A stretch of DNA of 55,451 bases, the filler included, from Jimgerdemannia flammicorona (Eukaryota): NCBI GenBank assembly GCA_003990765.1. It is 3 parts of 3 records of this genome, joined end to end, with 100 filler letters (N's around TTAATTAATTAA, not from the genome) between each part and the next. Parts side by side here need not be neighbours in the genome. Positions count along the whole stretch, not along the records: positions 37,039 to 55,451 come from RBNJ01002217.1; 2 more parts are not named here. The stretch is one strand, 5' to 3'. The notes beneath the pieces are model-generated. The model did no database searches. It saw only the letters and a list, made by a program, of their open reading frames with translations, and was not told where the DNA came from. This document shows, in pieces, positions 37,040 through 49,202 of this stretch. The position numbers and the translations under genes were made by a program. Within the stretch, counting starts at the first letter, position 1. Every line of letters begins with the position of its first letter.

Positions 37040-37854
37040 AAAATTGCCTTGGCGAGCAAATATATTGCTTTGAACTTACGATTGTCAATGGTGATACCCG
37101 AAAGAGTAAGTCCCTTACATCCACTGATTGAGAAAGTGTGGATAGGGGAACCTGTAACGGTCAGCCCCTTGATTGTGCCGCTCAGGGATTTGAGCCTGAT
37201 AAACCTGGGTTTGTTAATACCTCCGTTAGAATCTCCATCCCACTAAAAGTAAAGTAAATCTAAATGCAGTAAGTGTGATTAGGCCAGGTGGGCGGCGCTA
37301 ACATGCTGTTTAACAACTTCAAAAACCTGAACGGTTTAACATACTGGTCAACTGCCATAAAGAGTCCCTTTGGAGCCGTCGATGGTAATGCTAGAACCAC
37401 AAGATCGTTGGACTTGTCAAGAGTTCACTTAGCGAAGGTAATGGTGTCGGCTAAAATGAAAGAGTCAATTCAAAATTATGTTTTAGCGGAATTCTCTGTG
37501 TACGTTCTGAAAGTGGGTACGGTATGTTTGTTGAAAAAAAAAAAAAGAGTCTGAATAAACATGCTAATTGTGATCGCGGTGCCAGTAATGAGCCTGTGAG
37601 ATCAATCTTCGAGTTCGCAGGCACGGTGAACGAGCCTTGAATGGGATTGCAGTGCAAGTTTTGGTAGCAGCGATTTGGTCGTAAGACGTGGCGGTGCATG
37701 AGGCACGTCCCTGGAAAACAACACACAACATTAAGTAAATCAAGCATCTCAACAGAAGAATTTGCAACGTTTTTGGGATGCACACTTCAACAGGAACCGC
37801 GACAGCGGCCGTGGCCAGGAAGGCAACAATGATTGCGACAATTCTCAATTGCAT
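37040..37854 (-). pseudogene. GH28 endopolygalacturonase, N-terminal part, frameshifted and cut by the gap
   Basis: Signal peptide MQLRIVAIIVAFLATAAVA; SCTATSYDQIAATKTC; FTVPANSKIDLTG (shifted frame); TITFAK*; WDGDSNGGINKPRFIRLK..IKGLTVTGSPIHTFSI..LTLSGITIDN. Confidence 0.8.
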
Positions 37855-38421
37855 GATGGAGAACAAGTTTGGGTGGATTGAAAAGAACTGCGGTATTTGG
37901 AAAACATTTCATACTTGATGCGACAGCATTTATAGACTCGCTGGAGCAAATCTAGCTCTATCGACATGTCAACGAAAACGTCGTATTGCGCACTAGAGAA
38001 GAAAGTCGCATATGACCAAGTATATCAATGATACCACTTTGGAACGACAGACCGCGAATAGTTTGTTGGAAAGATTGATCCTCGGCCGATCACACGCACC
38101 ATCGACGCTTTAAGTATTTATGTGCGAATATCATGAAGGAGAAACACGAATTGCGTGCATAATATTATCACGTGATGCTAGATTCTCGAGGTGGCGAGTT
38201 CGCGTGATTACAAAGAACTGCACATAAGTGGTATGGTAGATGGAATATCACGAGAAGAATATTAACGGCAACAATGATCATGGGACGAGAGGCTACATGA
38301 AAAAAAGAAAAGACAAGTATAAATATCGAATCACGGTGCATGTAGACAAGGTCCGATCACAAAGCTGGGATTTGCGGACATGGATCTAAGTCTCACCAAG
38401 TATATTTCCCAAAATCGGTAT

Positions 38422-38887
38422 TGTGACGGTATAGCCAGATTCCGAAGAAGGAAATAGGGAACAGACACTTGATCACACCCAGTCCCAAAGTAGTATAGCC
38501 ACATAGTTAGCAGTCCTTGATTTCGCCATTTGCTAAATATTTCGCAAAGTGCAAGATCAAGCTTCTCAATATAGTATAGCATTTTGCAACTGGCAAAATA
38601 TTTCACAAAGTGTTAAATGACTCATAACTTAGCCACATAACCCAGTAACCATCTCATAGCTAGCAAACTTATATAAATAACCCAGTATCTTCGAGTGAAT
38701 AAACCTCAGATCAAAATAGTTCAAAGCAAAGAGATAGCAAAGAAACTAGTAAGCCTGCAGGCAGATATACTTTGAACTCACCCACCCTCCCCTGCAACTT
38801 AAAGGACTTTGAGGAGTCAGAGAAGATTAAGTTTTCAAGATACAGAAATCTGATGTACTTTCAAGAGTAAGCATCTACTACATTACA
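38422..38887 (+). repeat. 5' LTR
   Basis: Direct repeat of 44663-45116 differing by transitions and small indels. Confidence 0.95.
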
Positions 38888-38943
38888 ACTTGGTGCCCAT
38901 TGGCTGGTGATTCAAGACGAATCTCTCACTTTCAAGCTGAACA

Positions 38944-41900
38944 ATGAACAACCGCCACTACCCAAACAACCATACAAACCAAGCCCCAATATTCAGACAA
39001 GATGGATATGAGACTACCAGTATTCTACAGATATACCTCAGACGAATCAATTATCACCTTTATTGATGATTTCGAGCAGTATGCTGCTGTAAGGACCCTG
39101 ACAGCAGCATAGCAAGTAGCCCTCATACCCTTCAGCCTATAAGGTCCTGCCAGAGCAGCATTCATAGCCACAACCCATGCAGGAAATGATGCTGATGCTA
39201 TATTAACAGCACAGAAGACCTGGCTCTGAAATACATATTATACAGATAAGATCAAGCAAGCCCTGAAGGATCAGCTCAATACAATATACCAAGGAATGAG
39301 CGAGGATCCAAACACATTCTATACCAGAATTTGATATCAGATAATTCTTACAGATTATGCTGCTGCTATCTGAGATCAAGTAGCCGAAGCAATCTTCATG
39401 AAAGGAGTCTATCCAGAGATAGTCATGGCCATCTGCTCATCACCAGTGACTCTGGATCTACCACAGAAGGTCACCTATGCTCAGTGATACTGGATAGCCA
39501 GATATCCACAAGACCATATAATGGAAAGAGTCATGGGAGTCAGAATCAAGACACCTAAGTCAACCAGTGTGATCCCCACCACAATGATCAATCGAAACAC
39601 ACCTCAGCCCAAAGCTACAGAGTAGCAAAAGAACAGTGACCCTATGGAGGAACTTGCCAAAAGGTTTGCCAAAATGACTGCCCATCTGGGAGATATGGTA
39701 AAAGAAATTTGAGGAAGAGACTGCCGCCCTGTTCAGAAGTTTGCTGCCACCTCAGATAAGAAGAAAGGTACCTGCTATAGCTGTGGAGAAGAAGGCCACT
39801 ACTCCTATGAATGTATGAGTGAAACCAAGTACAAGGCTCAACCAAGCAATGCTATATGAAATAAGGAGCAGGCCAATACAATTATCTTCGAGGAAATTGG
39901 AAATTCTGATGAAGAAGAATAGGAGGCCTATCCTGCTCAGACTACCAAGAAGGATGTTCACAAGGAACTCTACAAGAGACCACCAGAAAGACCCAAAAAG
40001 AACCCAGTAGAAAAGCAGATGGAAACGGCCACTGAAAGCCAAGCTGAAGAGATGGACCAAGATATGGAGCTGGAACAAGCAGTTCAAGATATCATCCAAG
40101 GAACCACTCCAGCCAGTGAAGGAGAAAAAGAAAAGAAGCTTTGCACGATCAAGACCTTCAAGTATGATATCTTCAAGGACCTCAGTCAATAAAAGGTCAA
40201 TGCAACCTTTGGTCAGCTCATAGAAATCCCAACATTCAGACAGTAAATGAGGTTTGGACTTACCAAAACAATTAAGGAATAAGAATGGAAGATAACTGAG
40301 GCCAATAACATTCAAGAGGACTCAGGAGAAGAAAGTAAGGACAATCACAAAACCTCTGCTTATGCAACATGCCAAATCGAAGATAGAATCTTTGAAACCA
40401 TTATTGATATGGGAGCAGGAGGATATCTCCTCAGCAAGAAGGCAGCAGACCACCTAGGTTGGAATATGGAAGAAGCAACTAAGCTAGTATTCATTACAGC
40501 TGATAGCACAAGAGCCACACCTCTGGGAAAGATCCGAGATGTTCCCATCAAGATTGGAGGAGCAACCATCTCAGTAAATGTAATTGTAACCAATGCCACC
40601 AACTATGACATTCTCATCAGCAATCAATGGCTTCACAAAGCCAAGGCAGTAATCGATCTCAATATCTAGAAGATGCAGATCACCTACTGGAGACAGAAGA
40701 TATGAATTCCCATCAATGTCAACAAAGGAGTCCTGCCTGACATAGAGGAAGAAGAGAGTGAGCAAGAAGAAGCTTATATAGTGACTACTTCAAAGAAGAA
40801 GAAAGTTGGATGGATAAGTAAAGAAGAATGGTGCAAGAAGATCACAGAAGGTTATGCCCCACAAGGAGTCTGTCCTCATGGGATCAAGATGTACTATATG
40901 GAGCATATTAATGATTGCTACCAGTGCACCATCAGAATCAAGAAGATCCACCAGGAAAGAAGGCAGAAAGCTCTCAAAAAACAGATCAGAGAAGAAGAGA
41001 AGGAGGAAGATAATGAACCACCAGCCCTTCTGGAGGACAGTAATGATGAAGAAGAAATCAAGGTCAAGATTCAAAAGATCCACCCTGATGCAGTCTTGCC
41101 AGAACACAAGTCAGAAAATACAGCCAGAATGGACATTGCTACAGTAGAAGAGACTGTACTGAAACCCCAGACAACCACCCTACTCACAACTGGACTGGAG
41201 ATAACTATTCCAAAGGATCATGTCAGGATTCTCAAGACAAGAAGCAGCCTGGCTAGAAGCGAAATCACAATCAAAGAAGGAGTCATCGATTCAGACTATA
41301 CTGGAGAAATTCTACTCATTGCTAGGAATCACAATCCTACAACCCTATTTTCAGTCAAGAAGAAGGACTGATTGGTACAAATGTTGATCTTTCTGATCCT
41401 ACAACTAAAGATTATAGAAGTTAAGAAGCTGGAGGAAACAAAAAGAGGAAAGAAAGGATTTGGATCCACAGGAAGAGGAGTATTTATCAGTACCAAGATT
41501 ACTGAACTTGAGCATAAGAAGGAGGAAAACACAAGCAAGCACAGCTACACCATCAGAAATGAATTTCCACTCAAGAAAGAACTCAAGAAAATACTCTATG
41601 AATTTGAAGATGTCCTTGCCACAGATTTCAAGAATATCAAAGGAAAGACCCCACACTACTATCATGAAGTAGATACTGGAAACACCAAACCAATTTATCA
41701 GAAGGCAAGACCTGTCCCGCCAGCCTACTGAGAATGGCTCAGAGAAGAAATCAAGCAGATGAAAGAAGCCAGCATCATTAAAGAATCCAGCAGCCCCTGG
41801 TCCTCACCTGTTGTACTAGTCCTGAAAAAGGGCAGCAAGCCTGGGGAATTTGCCCCAAGACTCTGTGTTGACTACAGAAAGCTCAACATGGTTACCAAAA

Positions 41901-44174
41901 AGAATCGCCAACCACTGCCCCTCATCAATGATATCCTCATAACACTGGGAGATAAAGCACAGTACTATAGCACTTTGGACTTATACTCAGGATTCCACCA
42001 AATCGGACTCACAGACATGGCAAGTGAAAAGTCAGCTTTCATCACCCCAGATGGAACCTACATCTACCTATGAATGCTATTTGGAATGTACAATGCACTA
42101 GTAAGTTTCCAGTGAATGATGAATAAAATCTTCTACTATGATATGGGAAGATAGATGATGGTCTATATTGATGATATAATCATCTACAGCCAGACACCAG
42201 AAGAACACCTGCAGCATATCCGGCAGATAATAAAAAGACTGAGAAAGTATGGCCTATACATTAAGCCCAAAAAATGTAAATTCACAGAAGTCGAGATCTC
42301 CTATCTCGGCCACTTCATTAATTGAGATGGAACACATATGGACCCCCTCAAGATATAAGCAGTGGTAGCATACCCAAGACCCACCACTGTTACAGAAGCC
42401 CAAGCCTTCATGGGACTTAGCTCCTATTATTGCAGATTTATTAGAGGATTTTCTAATATTGCAGGACCAATCTACGAACTTAACAAGAAGGATACCAAGT
42501 TCCAGTGGACTGGCAGACAACAAAAAGCATTTGATGAACTCAAGGTCAGACTGACCCAGGCACCCATCTTCAGAAGACCTGACTGGACTCAAGAATTCAT
42601 CCTACAGACTGATACAAGTGCACAAGGACTAGGAGCAGTTCTAGTTCAAAAGAAAGATAAAGTGGAGTATGTCATCGCATACCTCAGCTGCAGAACTCAA
42701 GGAGCTGAAAAAGAATATGAATCCTATAAGTTGGAATGCCTCACAGTCATCTGGGCTATAGAAAAGTTCCACTACTACTTGGCTGGAAGATACTTCACCA
42801 TCCAAATAGACTATTCAGCTCTTATCTGGCTACTGATAACTGGACAACCCAACTATGTCTGATGGATAATAAAGTTGCAAGCTTATGATGTAACCATTGT
42901 ACACTGCTCTGGAAGAACCAATGCCAATACAGATGCCCTCTCATGGACACCCCAAACTACCTCCAACCAATAAATCAATCATGAATAAGGAGCTCTACTA
43001 TGGAATTATCACATATCTGGGACAGCGAAAGATGCCCCAACATCTGGAAGAATGGATACAAATGATTATCAACAGAATATGGAAACAATTCGAAACTGAT
43101 GGAGAAATACTGAAGAAAGGAAAACTACTAGTTATATCAGAACACAAGAAGGAGCAAGCAATGAAATCAGTACATGAACTTGGCTATCTAGGAGGAATGA
43201 ATACATATGACAAGGCAAGAAGAATAATATGGTGGCCAGAGATGGAGGAAGATATCAGACAATTTGTCAAGACCTGCAACAAATACCAGAAACAGAAATA
43301 AGATCAATGAAATCAAGCCCCAGGATCAGCACACATAGAACTAGTACTATTTGCCCATATAGCAATGGATGTAATCGGCCCTCTACTCTTGACCCTGACT
43401 GGTAACCAATATATCATTGTCATTGTAGACCTTTTTACGAAGTAGATAGAAGCAGGACCCCTCAAGGAAGCCAATTCACAGTCAATCACTGATTTCTTCC
43501 ACAAGGAAATCATCTGCCGGTTCAAGACCCCAACACAAGTAACTACAGATAGAGGAACAGAATTTGTGAACCAGCTCTTTGAGGTTCTCTACAAGAAGTA
43601 CAAGATCCAGCACATTCAGACCATAGCCTATCACCCCCAAGGAAACAGACAAGTAGAAAGGACCAACAAAACCCTCAAGAACATTATTGCCAAGATCTGC
43701 AATAACTATGAGAACTGTGATCACTATCTGCTAATAGCATTATCCACTCTCTGGGATATCTGATCACAAAGTACCCACTTTACCCCTCGAGAAATACTGT
43801 TCGGAGAAGAATATTCTCAGGGAACCCTATCATCCAATGGAGATACTGTATGGAAACATGTGGATATGGAAATATAGAGACTATACCAAATAAGGAAGAA
43901 GGCTGAGGATTACATAACCAAAGTGCAGACACTATAACAGAGGAATGCAGAAAAGACCTACAAACTCTTGGAGATTATCAAGATAGGAGACAAGGTCCTA
44001 GTATATTGGAATATAGTAGAAGCTTCATGGTCTTGAAAACTGGAGCCCAAGTGGGAAGGACCTTACCTCATGCAAGATATAAAAGAGACCACTTTTTGGC
44101 TACAAAAACCCTTAGGCACAATAATCCCCACCACCATTCACTGAAACTGACTTAAGAAATATCATGGCCAGTAA
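38944..44174 (+). pseudogene. gag-protease-dUTPase-RT-RNaseH-integrase polyprotein, with stops
   Basis: CCHC CYSCGEEGHYSYEC (39773-39814); protease IIDMGAG; dUTPase RSSLA/GVIDSDYTGEI/RGKKGFGSTG (~41056-41475); RT RLCVDYRKLN, LDLYSGFHQI and YIDD; RNaseH LQTDTS; integrase TDRGTEF, YHPQGN and KWEGPY. Confidence 0.94.
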
Positions 44175-44667
44175 CAAAAGTACTGCAATAACACTCAAGA
44201 TCACTAGTGCTACCCAAAGAGCCATCGAGAGACAATGGTGCACTACTGAGTCTCCAACCATAGAGAAGTCTCATGATAGTATCCAAAGCATCATACAGAC
44301 TCATCTCTCTCGAATCTCACACTTCAAGGCCTATCAGCATCGAAACAAATTTCAAGAGTACTTCAAACTTGACCAAGTACTCAACCAAGACCCAGAAATG
44401 ACCAAAGAAAATTGGATCGCAGAATACCAGCTCTCCTATTCCCAGATCACCATTGCTAAGAGAATCTACAAGCTATTCTGAGAGGATGAACCAGCACTAA
44501 CCCACCTGTGAGGAGTGACTCTCTCAGACTTTGACCAAGTCAGGCAACACCATTGGGAAACAGTAATGCAACAAATCGCACAATACAAGACCATATAGAC
44601 CATTGAAGCTTGGGAGTTTGAATAGATATTTCAAGGATGAGATCATCTATTCAGGAGGAAGTTGTGA
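44164..44667 (+). pseudogene. Accessory ORF3 of the Gypsy element (unknown function)
   Basis: ATG overlaps the pol stop. The frame continues through TGA/TAG stops (likely from CGA/CAG) up to the PPT/LTR. Motif YFKLDQVL...QITIAKRIYKLF. Confidence 0.65.
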
Positions 44668-45116
44668 TGGTATAGCCAGATTCAGAAGAAGGAAATAGGG
44701 AACAGACACTTGATCGTACCCAGTCCCAAAGTAGTATAGCCACATAGTTAACAGTCCTCAATTTCGCCATTTGCTAAATATTTCACAAAGTGTAAGATCA
44801 AGCTTCTTGATATAGTATAGCATTTTGCAACTGGTGAAATATTTCGCAAAGTGTTAAATGACTCATAACTTAGCCATGTAACCCAGTAACCATCTCATAG
44901 CTAGCAAACTTGTATAAATAACCCAGTATCTTCGAGTGAATAACCTCAGATCGAAATAGTTCAAAGCAAAGAGATAGCAAAGGAACTAGTAAGCCTGTAG
45001 ACAGATACACTTCAAACTCACCCACCCTCCCCTGCAACTCAAAGGACTCTGAAGATCAAGTTTTCAAGATACAGAAATCCGATGTACTTTCAAGAGTAAG
45101 TGTCCACTACATTACA
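44663..45116 (+). repeat. 3' LTR
   Basis: Direct repeat of 38422-38887. Confidence 0.95.
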
Positions 45117-45187
45117 GTATATACTTATTTGTCCCAACAACACTATCAGTTCCTCCCCTTCCTGTCCACCCACTTCTTCCTCACTCC

Positions 45188-46441
45188 ATGAGCCCCTCCA
45201 ACTCACCTCCACTTCCTCCTTCCCCATGGCTACCGCCCGAGATTCTGCGTCCAATATTCACTTACATCGGTGGTCATCCTCACTCCCTGGACACACTCAT
45301 GGACCTAGTGGCCATCTCTATGGTCTGCGCCGAATGGTACAATATCGCGCGCCCAATGATCCCGAATAAGGATCTCCAAAATCCCTTCGGGCTATATACA
45401 AGCTTCGTCCTTCCTCGGCACTCTCAGACGGCTCGTCGCTCTCTTTTCAAATTCGCGCCAACTCATCCTTCCCGACTACTGTACTGAGCTCAAGCTCGAT
45501 CTCGCATACCATCGGTTGGAGGCGGAGGAGGACGCGATCATTTACGTTGATCTTTTGGGATCCGAGGAAAAATTCAACGTGGACTAAGAGTTTTTCGACG
45601 CCCTGTCCGCCGTCCTGCGGTTCGGTCCTGCGGTTCGCGACGCTGCAACGGGTCCACATCGTTGTTGTTCAGGGTTGCGAGTGGGTTTGCGACCTAATCC
45701 GATCTAATTGCAGCCGTACCTCGGAGTTGAAGATCGTTTTTCCGCGGGACGGCGTGCTGGTCAACCTTGGCCTGGCCGACCTGGTCCGAGAAATGCAGAC
45801 CTCCTTGATATCGATTGAGATTAACAACGAACCAGATGCAATGACCCGCCAATCCTTTTCAAGCTGTACAAACATCAAGACCGTATCAATAGGCGATTGT
45901 GAGTCCCGGGCCACCGCCGACATCCTGCGCTCAATGCAAGCTTCCGTTGGGAAGGCTGAGCGGATTCGGAATCGAAACCTAACTCACGGGGCTGTGCTCG
46001 GTCTGCGAAAACCTGGAACTTCTATCTCTCATCAGGCTTCCGACTGAGTCGCTAGAGGAGGAGTTCTCCTGACTCTCGAAGGCCTTGGAAACCCTTCGGT
46101 TCATACCGTTTGTGGAGGATGGTGTGCTGCGGGCCCTGGTGCGGTGCTGCCGGAACTTGCAGAAAATCGACCTGGATTTGGTCGACAGGGTTACGGGTGC
46201 TGGCGTTTGGGACGACGTGATGTCACCGTGGCCTACTTGAGTTTGATGCAGAGCGAGTCGTGCCGGAGTTCGTGTTGCCGATCATCGCGGTGTTAACATA
46301 CTGGAGGAATTGATTCTGACGGAGTTGTTGGACGACGATGTAAGTGTGGTGGAGGTTCTTGAACGCCACGAGTTTATCCAGGAAGATACCCTTGGAGCTC
46401 CCTGGATTCGTCTCAATTGTACTGGCGGGGCGAGGCCTTAA
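45188..46441 (+). pseudogene. F-box-like protein with LRR-like C-terminus, apparently frameshifted
   Basis: LPPEILRPIFTYI..DLVAISMVCAEWYNIARP is F-box-like. Downstream fragments (CTNIKTVSI, CRNLQKIDL) fall in different frames with no evident introns. Confidence 0.62.
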
Positions 46442-47457
46442 TCACTGACCTACCTGCACAATTTAATGAAATGTTTTGTTGCCACCATGTAAGATCGTCA
46501 TTATTAAAATCCACTTAGACTCAAATATTTGAATTTTTAATTTTGTTTTGTAAGGGGAAAAAGAAAAAAAAAAAAAAAAAAAAAAAAAATCTGTGAGAGC
46601 CGATGTCGAGAGTGCGAATTTTCAATATCGAATTTGACGCCCTTCACATCAGCGCTTTTACTGGGATTACGGTTGGGACGCAGTAAAACACTAAAAAAAA
46701 TAAGAGGTGAGACCGTATATGATCTAAGAACACACACATGCAAATATCTTTGTCAAGGAACAGTAAGCATGCCAAAGAGTATATACGCCGAGGCTAAATT
46801 TGTTGACAGCTATTCCTTCGACCTTCAAGAATGCCAAAAGGATCGACCCATCGCCGTCGAGGTCTTCCCTGACGAGGAATTGTTCAGGTCACTCTTTCCA
46901 AAGGTGAGTCCAGTTGCGCGCCGGCAGCTGCTGGATATTACGTCATCCCCGCAAATGCATGTACCACGGCGTGTTTAGTTAAAATACGACTGCATAATGG
47001 CTACTTTTGACATGGTGGGCACATACGAAGGGAGAGGGAGAAAGATACACCAATGTGTTTCATACGAGCTCTTGCACGAGATTACATGTCTTCGAATGCG
47101 TGGTATAGACGTCTGGGATGAGATGTCTGATGTCCCATACACACTCTCGTTTTCCTTCCCTAAATACATATGTAAGCGAACAACCGCCAAGATATAATGA
47201 CCACTTCGAAGGCCTGAGCTGATATTCAATACACAAACTCACAGAAACCTCACCAATATACACATATGACTGAAGCGAATTTATAAAGGCAAGTGAACTC
47301 CCTACATTCTACATGCAATGTTGGCGTAGACATATTCAAGCAAAAACGGGTTGCAAGACATAGCTAATAGTAATATTGTTAAATCAAACAGCGCGAATTA
47401 CTACTGATTTTGAACATGGAAGAAAATACAATTTTATACTATTGCCAAAAGCCCATC

Positions 47458-48694
47458 TCACATGCCACAGACGACTCGGCACTTCGAGATGACTCTGTAT
47501 TGACCATCCCAGCTGATATGTGCGCAGCCTGGAAACACGGTGAAAAGAATGAAAGGGCTCGAACCATTTGGCTGCCCTCGGAATCCCGGCACTGTTTCGA
47601 GGTCTAAGTAGATGGTTTCATCATGAGGAACAAAGGCAAGATTACGTTCATCTCCCATACGGTCGGAGCTTTCTGGAATGTCGATCCTGAACCGATTTTC
47701 ATCCGCGGACGACCAGAATGCCACGATGTCATTGTCGCCAATTACTGACATTTCAATGGTCACGTAGATGGCGGCATAAAGGAATTTCTCCAAATTTGAG
47801 CTCATAACGTTGCTTTCGATGGAATATTCCCTGGAATATTCTTCGATCTTCTTGAACTTGTAGTCGAGGATATTTTTCATGGGTTCCGGGAGATTAGAAA
47901 AGAATGAGGTCGCGGGTTCAGGGGTAAGCTTTTCAGGCGGAACAAGACGTTGCAACAGCTCCTTTGCGAATTCCTTCCTCGAGAGGGACTTATTTCCGAT
48001 TTCGTGAGCAAGCTGTCCCACCAAGTCGTAATTTTCGAGTTCGACGAATCCGTTTGTTTTGAGCATCGCTGAACGACAAATATTCATGATGATACAGGAT
48101 ACGTCTTGAACGATGGGGTAAGCTTGCAACCGTGGAGTTATCGTATCACGCTCCGGCACGCCGTGCACCAAACTATGATACTTGCATACCGCCTGCGAAT
48201 TACTTTGCCCCTGATTTTTCAAGGCTTGGACTAACACTTTGTGGAGGTTTATGTACATGGTACTCCAGTGTTCCTCGATGATCGACAGGTTGACTTCACC
48301 AAATTCATATGTTCCCATTGCGATGTTTGTTGACGGCAAGTCACCATTTCGGCGTCGAAGATCAATAATGACGCCTTCGTATTCTATCACCTTCTTCAGT
48401 ATATTATTCCTCTCCTCAATTATTGCGTTTATCTTGTTGTCGTGATTGTTCCTTCGGTTCTCTTCATCCTGAGGGTTTATTTCCTCGTTTCTTGCTCCTT
48501 TGGAAGCTGTAGCATTAAGGTAACAAACCGAATTGTCTCAATGTCATTTTAGATGCAAATGTAAAACCATATGTGTTTTCCCTACCTTTCTCACATAGTC
48601 TAAGAGTATAGGAAATTCCTTTCCCACACAAGTTAAGAGTATAGAAAATTCCTTTCTCATACAGGAAAAGTATGGTGCGTAGAAATCGGGTCAT
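47458..48694 (-). CDS. Hypothetical 385-aa protein (2 exons); C-terminus possibly a GrpE-like beta head
   Basis: Exons 48694-48586 and 48506-47458 splice in frame (1158 nt, GT..AG). Exon 1 has 33-bp tandem repeats. Helical middle region. C-terminus FILFTVFPG...RVISKCRVVC. Confidence 0.75.
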
Positions 48695-48859
48695 GCGTTT
48701 CTTGAAATGAGATTAAGCGAGGAGATGACTGTGTTGTCTAGTTCTCGATGAGCGACAGTCTTGAGATACAGGAAAGAACGTCTTTATACTGGGGAGCGGC
48801 ATTGTCCTATTAAAAGATTCATCAGAACCGAACATTGATTTAGACGCATTGACGCCAAT

Positions 48860-48944
48860 AATTAATTATTCCATTTCATTCCATCAAGATAAAATTCATT
48901 AATTAATGATTCCATTTCATTTCATCAAGATACGATTCATTAAT
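48860..48944. repeat. 41-bp tandem duplication in the divergent intergenic region
   Basis: AATTAAT(T/G)ATTCCATTTCATT(C/T)CATCAAGATA..ATTCATT occurs twice. Confidence 0.75.
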
Positions 48945-49202
48945 ATTTTATCAATATGCCATCCTGAAGTTGTCCAAGCAGCGACTAAAAAGTTGTAAGA
49001 GGCAAATTGATATCGACTCCGCTGTTTATAAACTCTCATGTCAAGTGGATGATGTGCGATAAATTGCTTTCGTCATAGCAGTGGTTTTATTGACTTTACG
49101 TCATGAGAAATGTTTGTGCAGATTGTGAAATCATTCATGGGGTATTGGATTTAAAAGGATACCATGTAGTCGTGTTCTTTTGACCCCATCTCACTCTTAG
49201 CA

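Larger units (their letters stand above)
38422..45116 (+). mobile_element. Ty3/Gypsy LTR retrotransposon with dUTPase and a 3' accessory ORF (degenerate)
   Basis: LTRs 38422-38887 and 44663-45116 (TGTGA..TTACA); 4-bp TSD GTAT (38418-21, 45117-20); PBS-like TGGTGCCCA at 38891; PPT AGGAGGAAG at ~44653. Confidence 0.95.

Noticed and set aside
37564..37866. Small secreted cysteine-rich effector
   Set aside because: Better explained as the frameshifted 5' end of a GH28 gene read through an intron.
46634..47230. Short ORFs between the F-box relic and the orphan gene
   Set aside because: No recognisable motif or consistent splice model.
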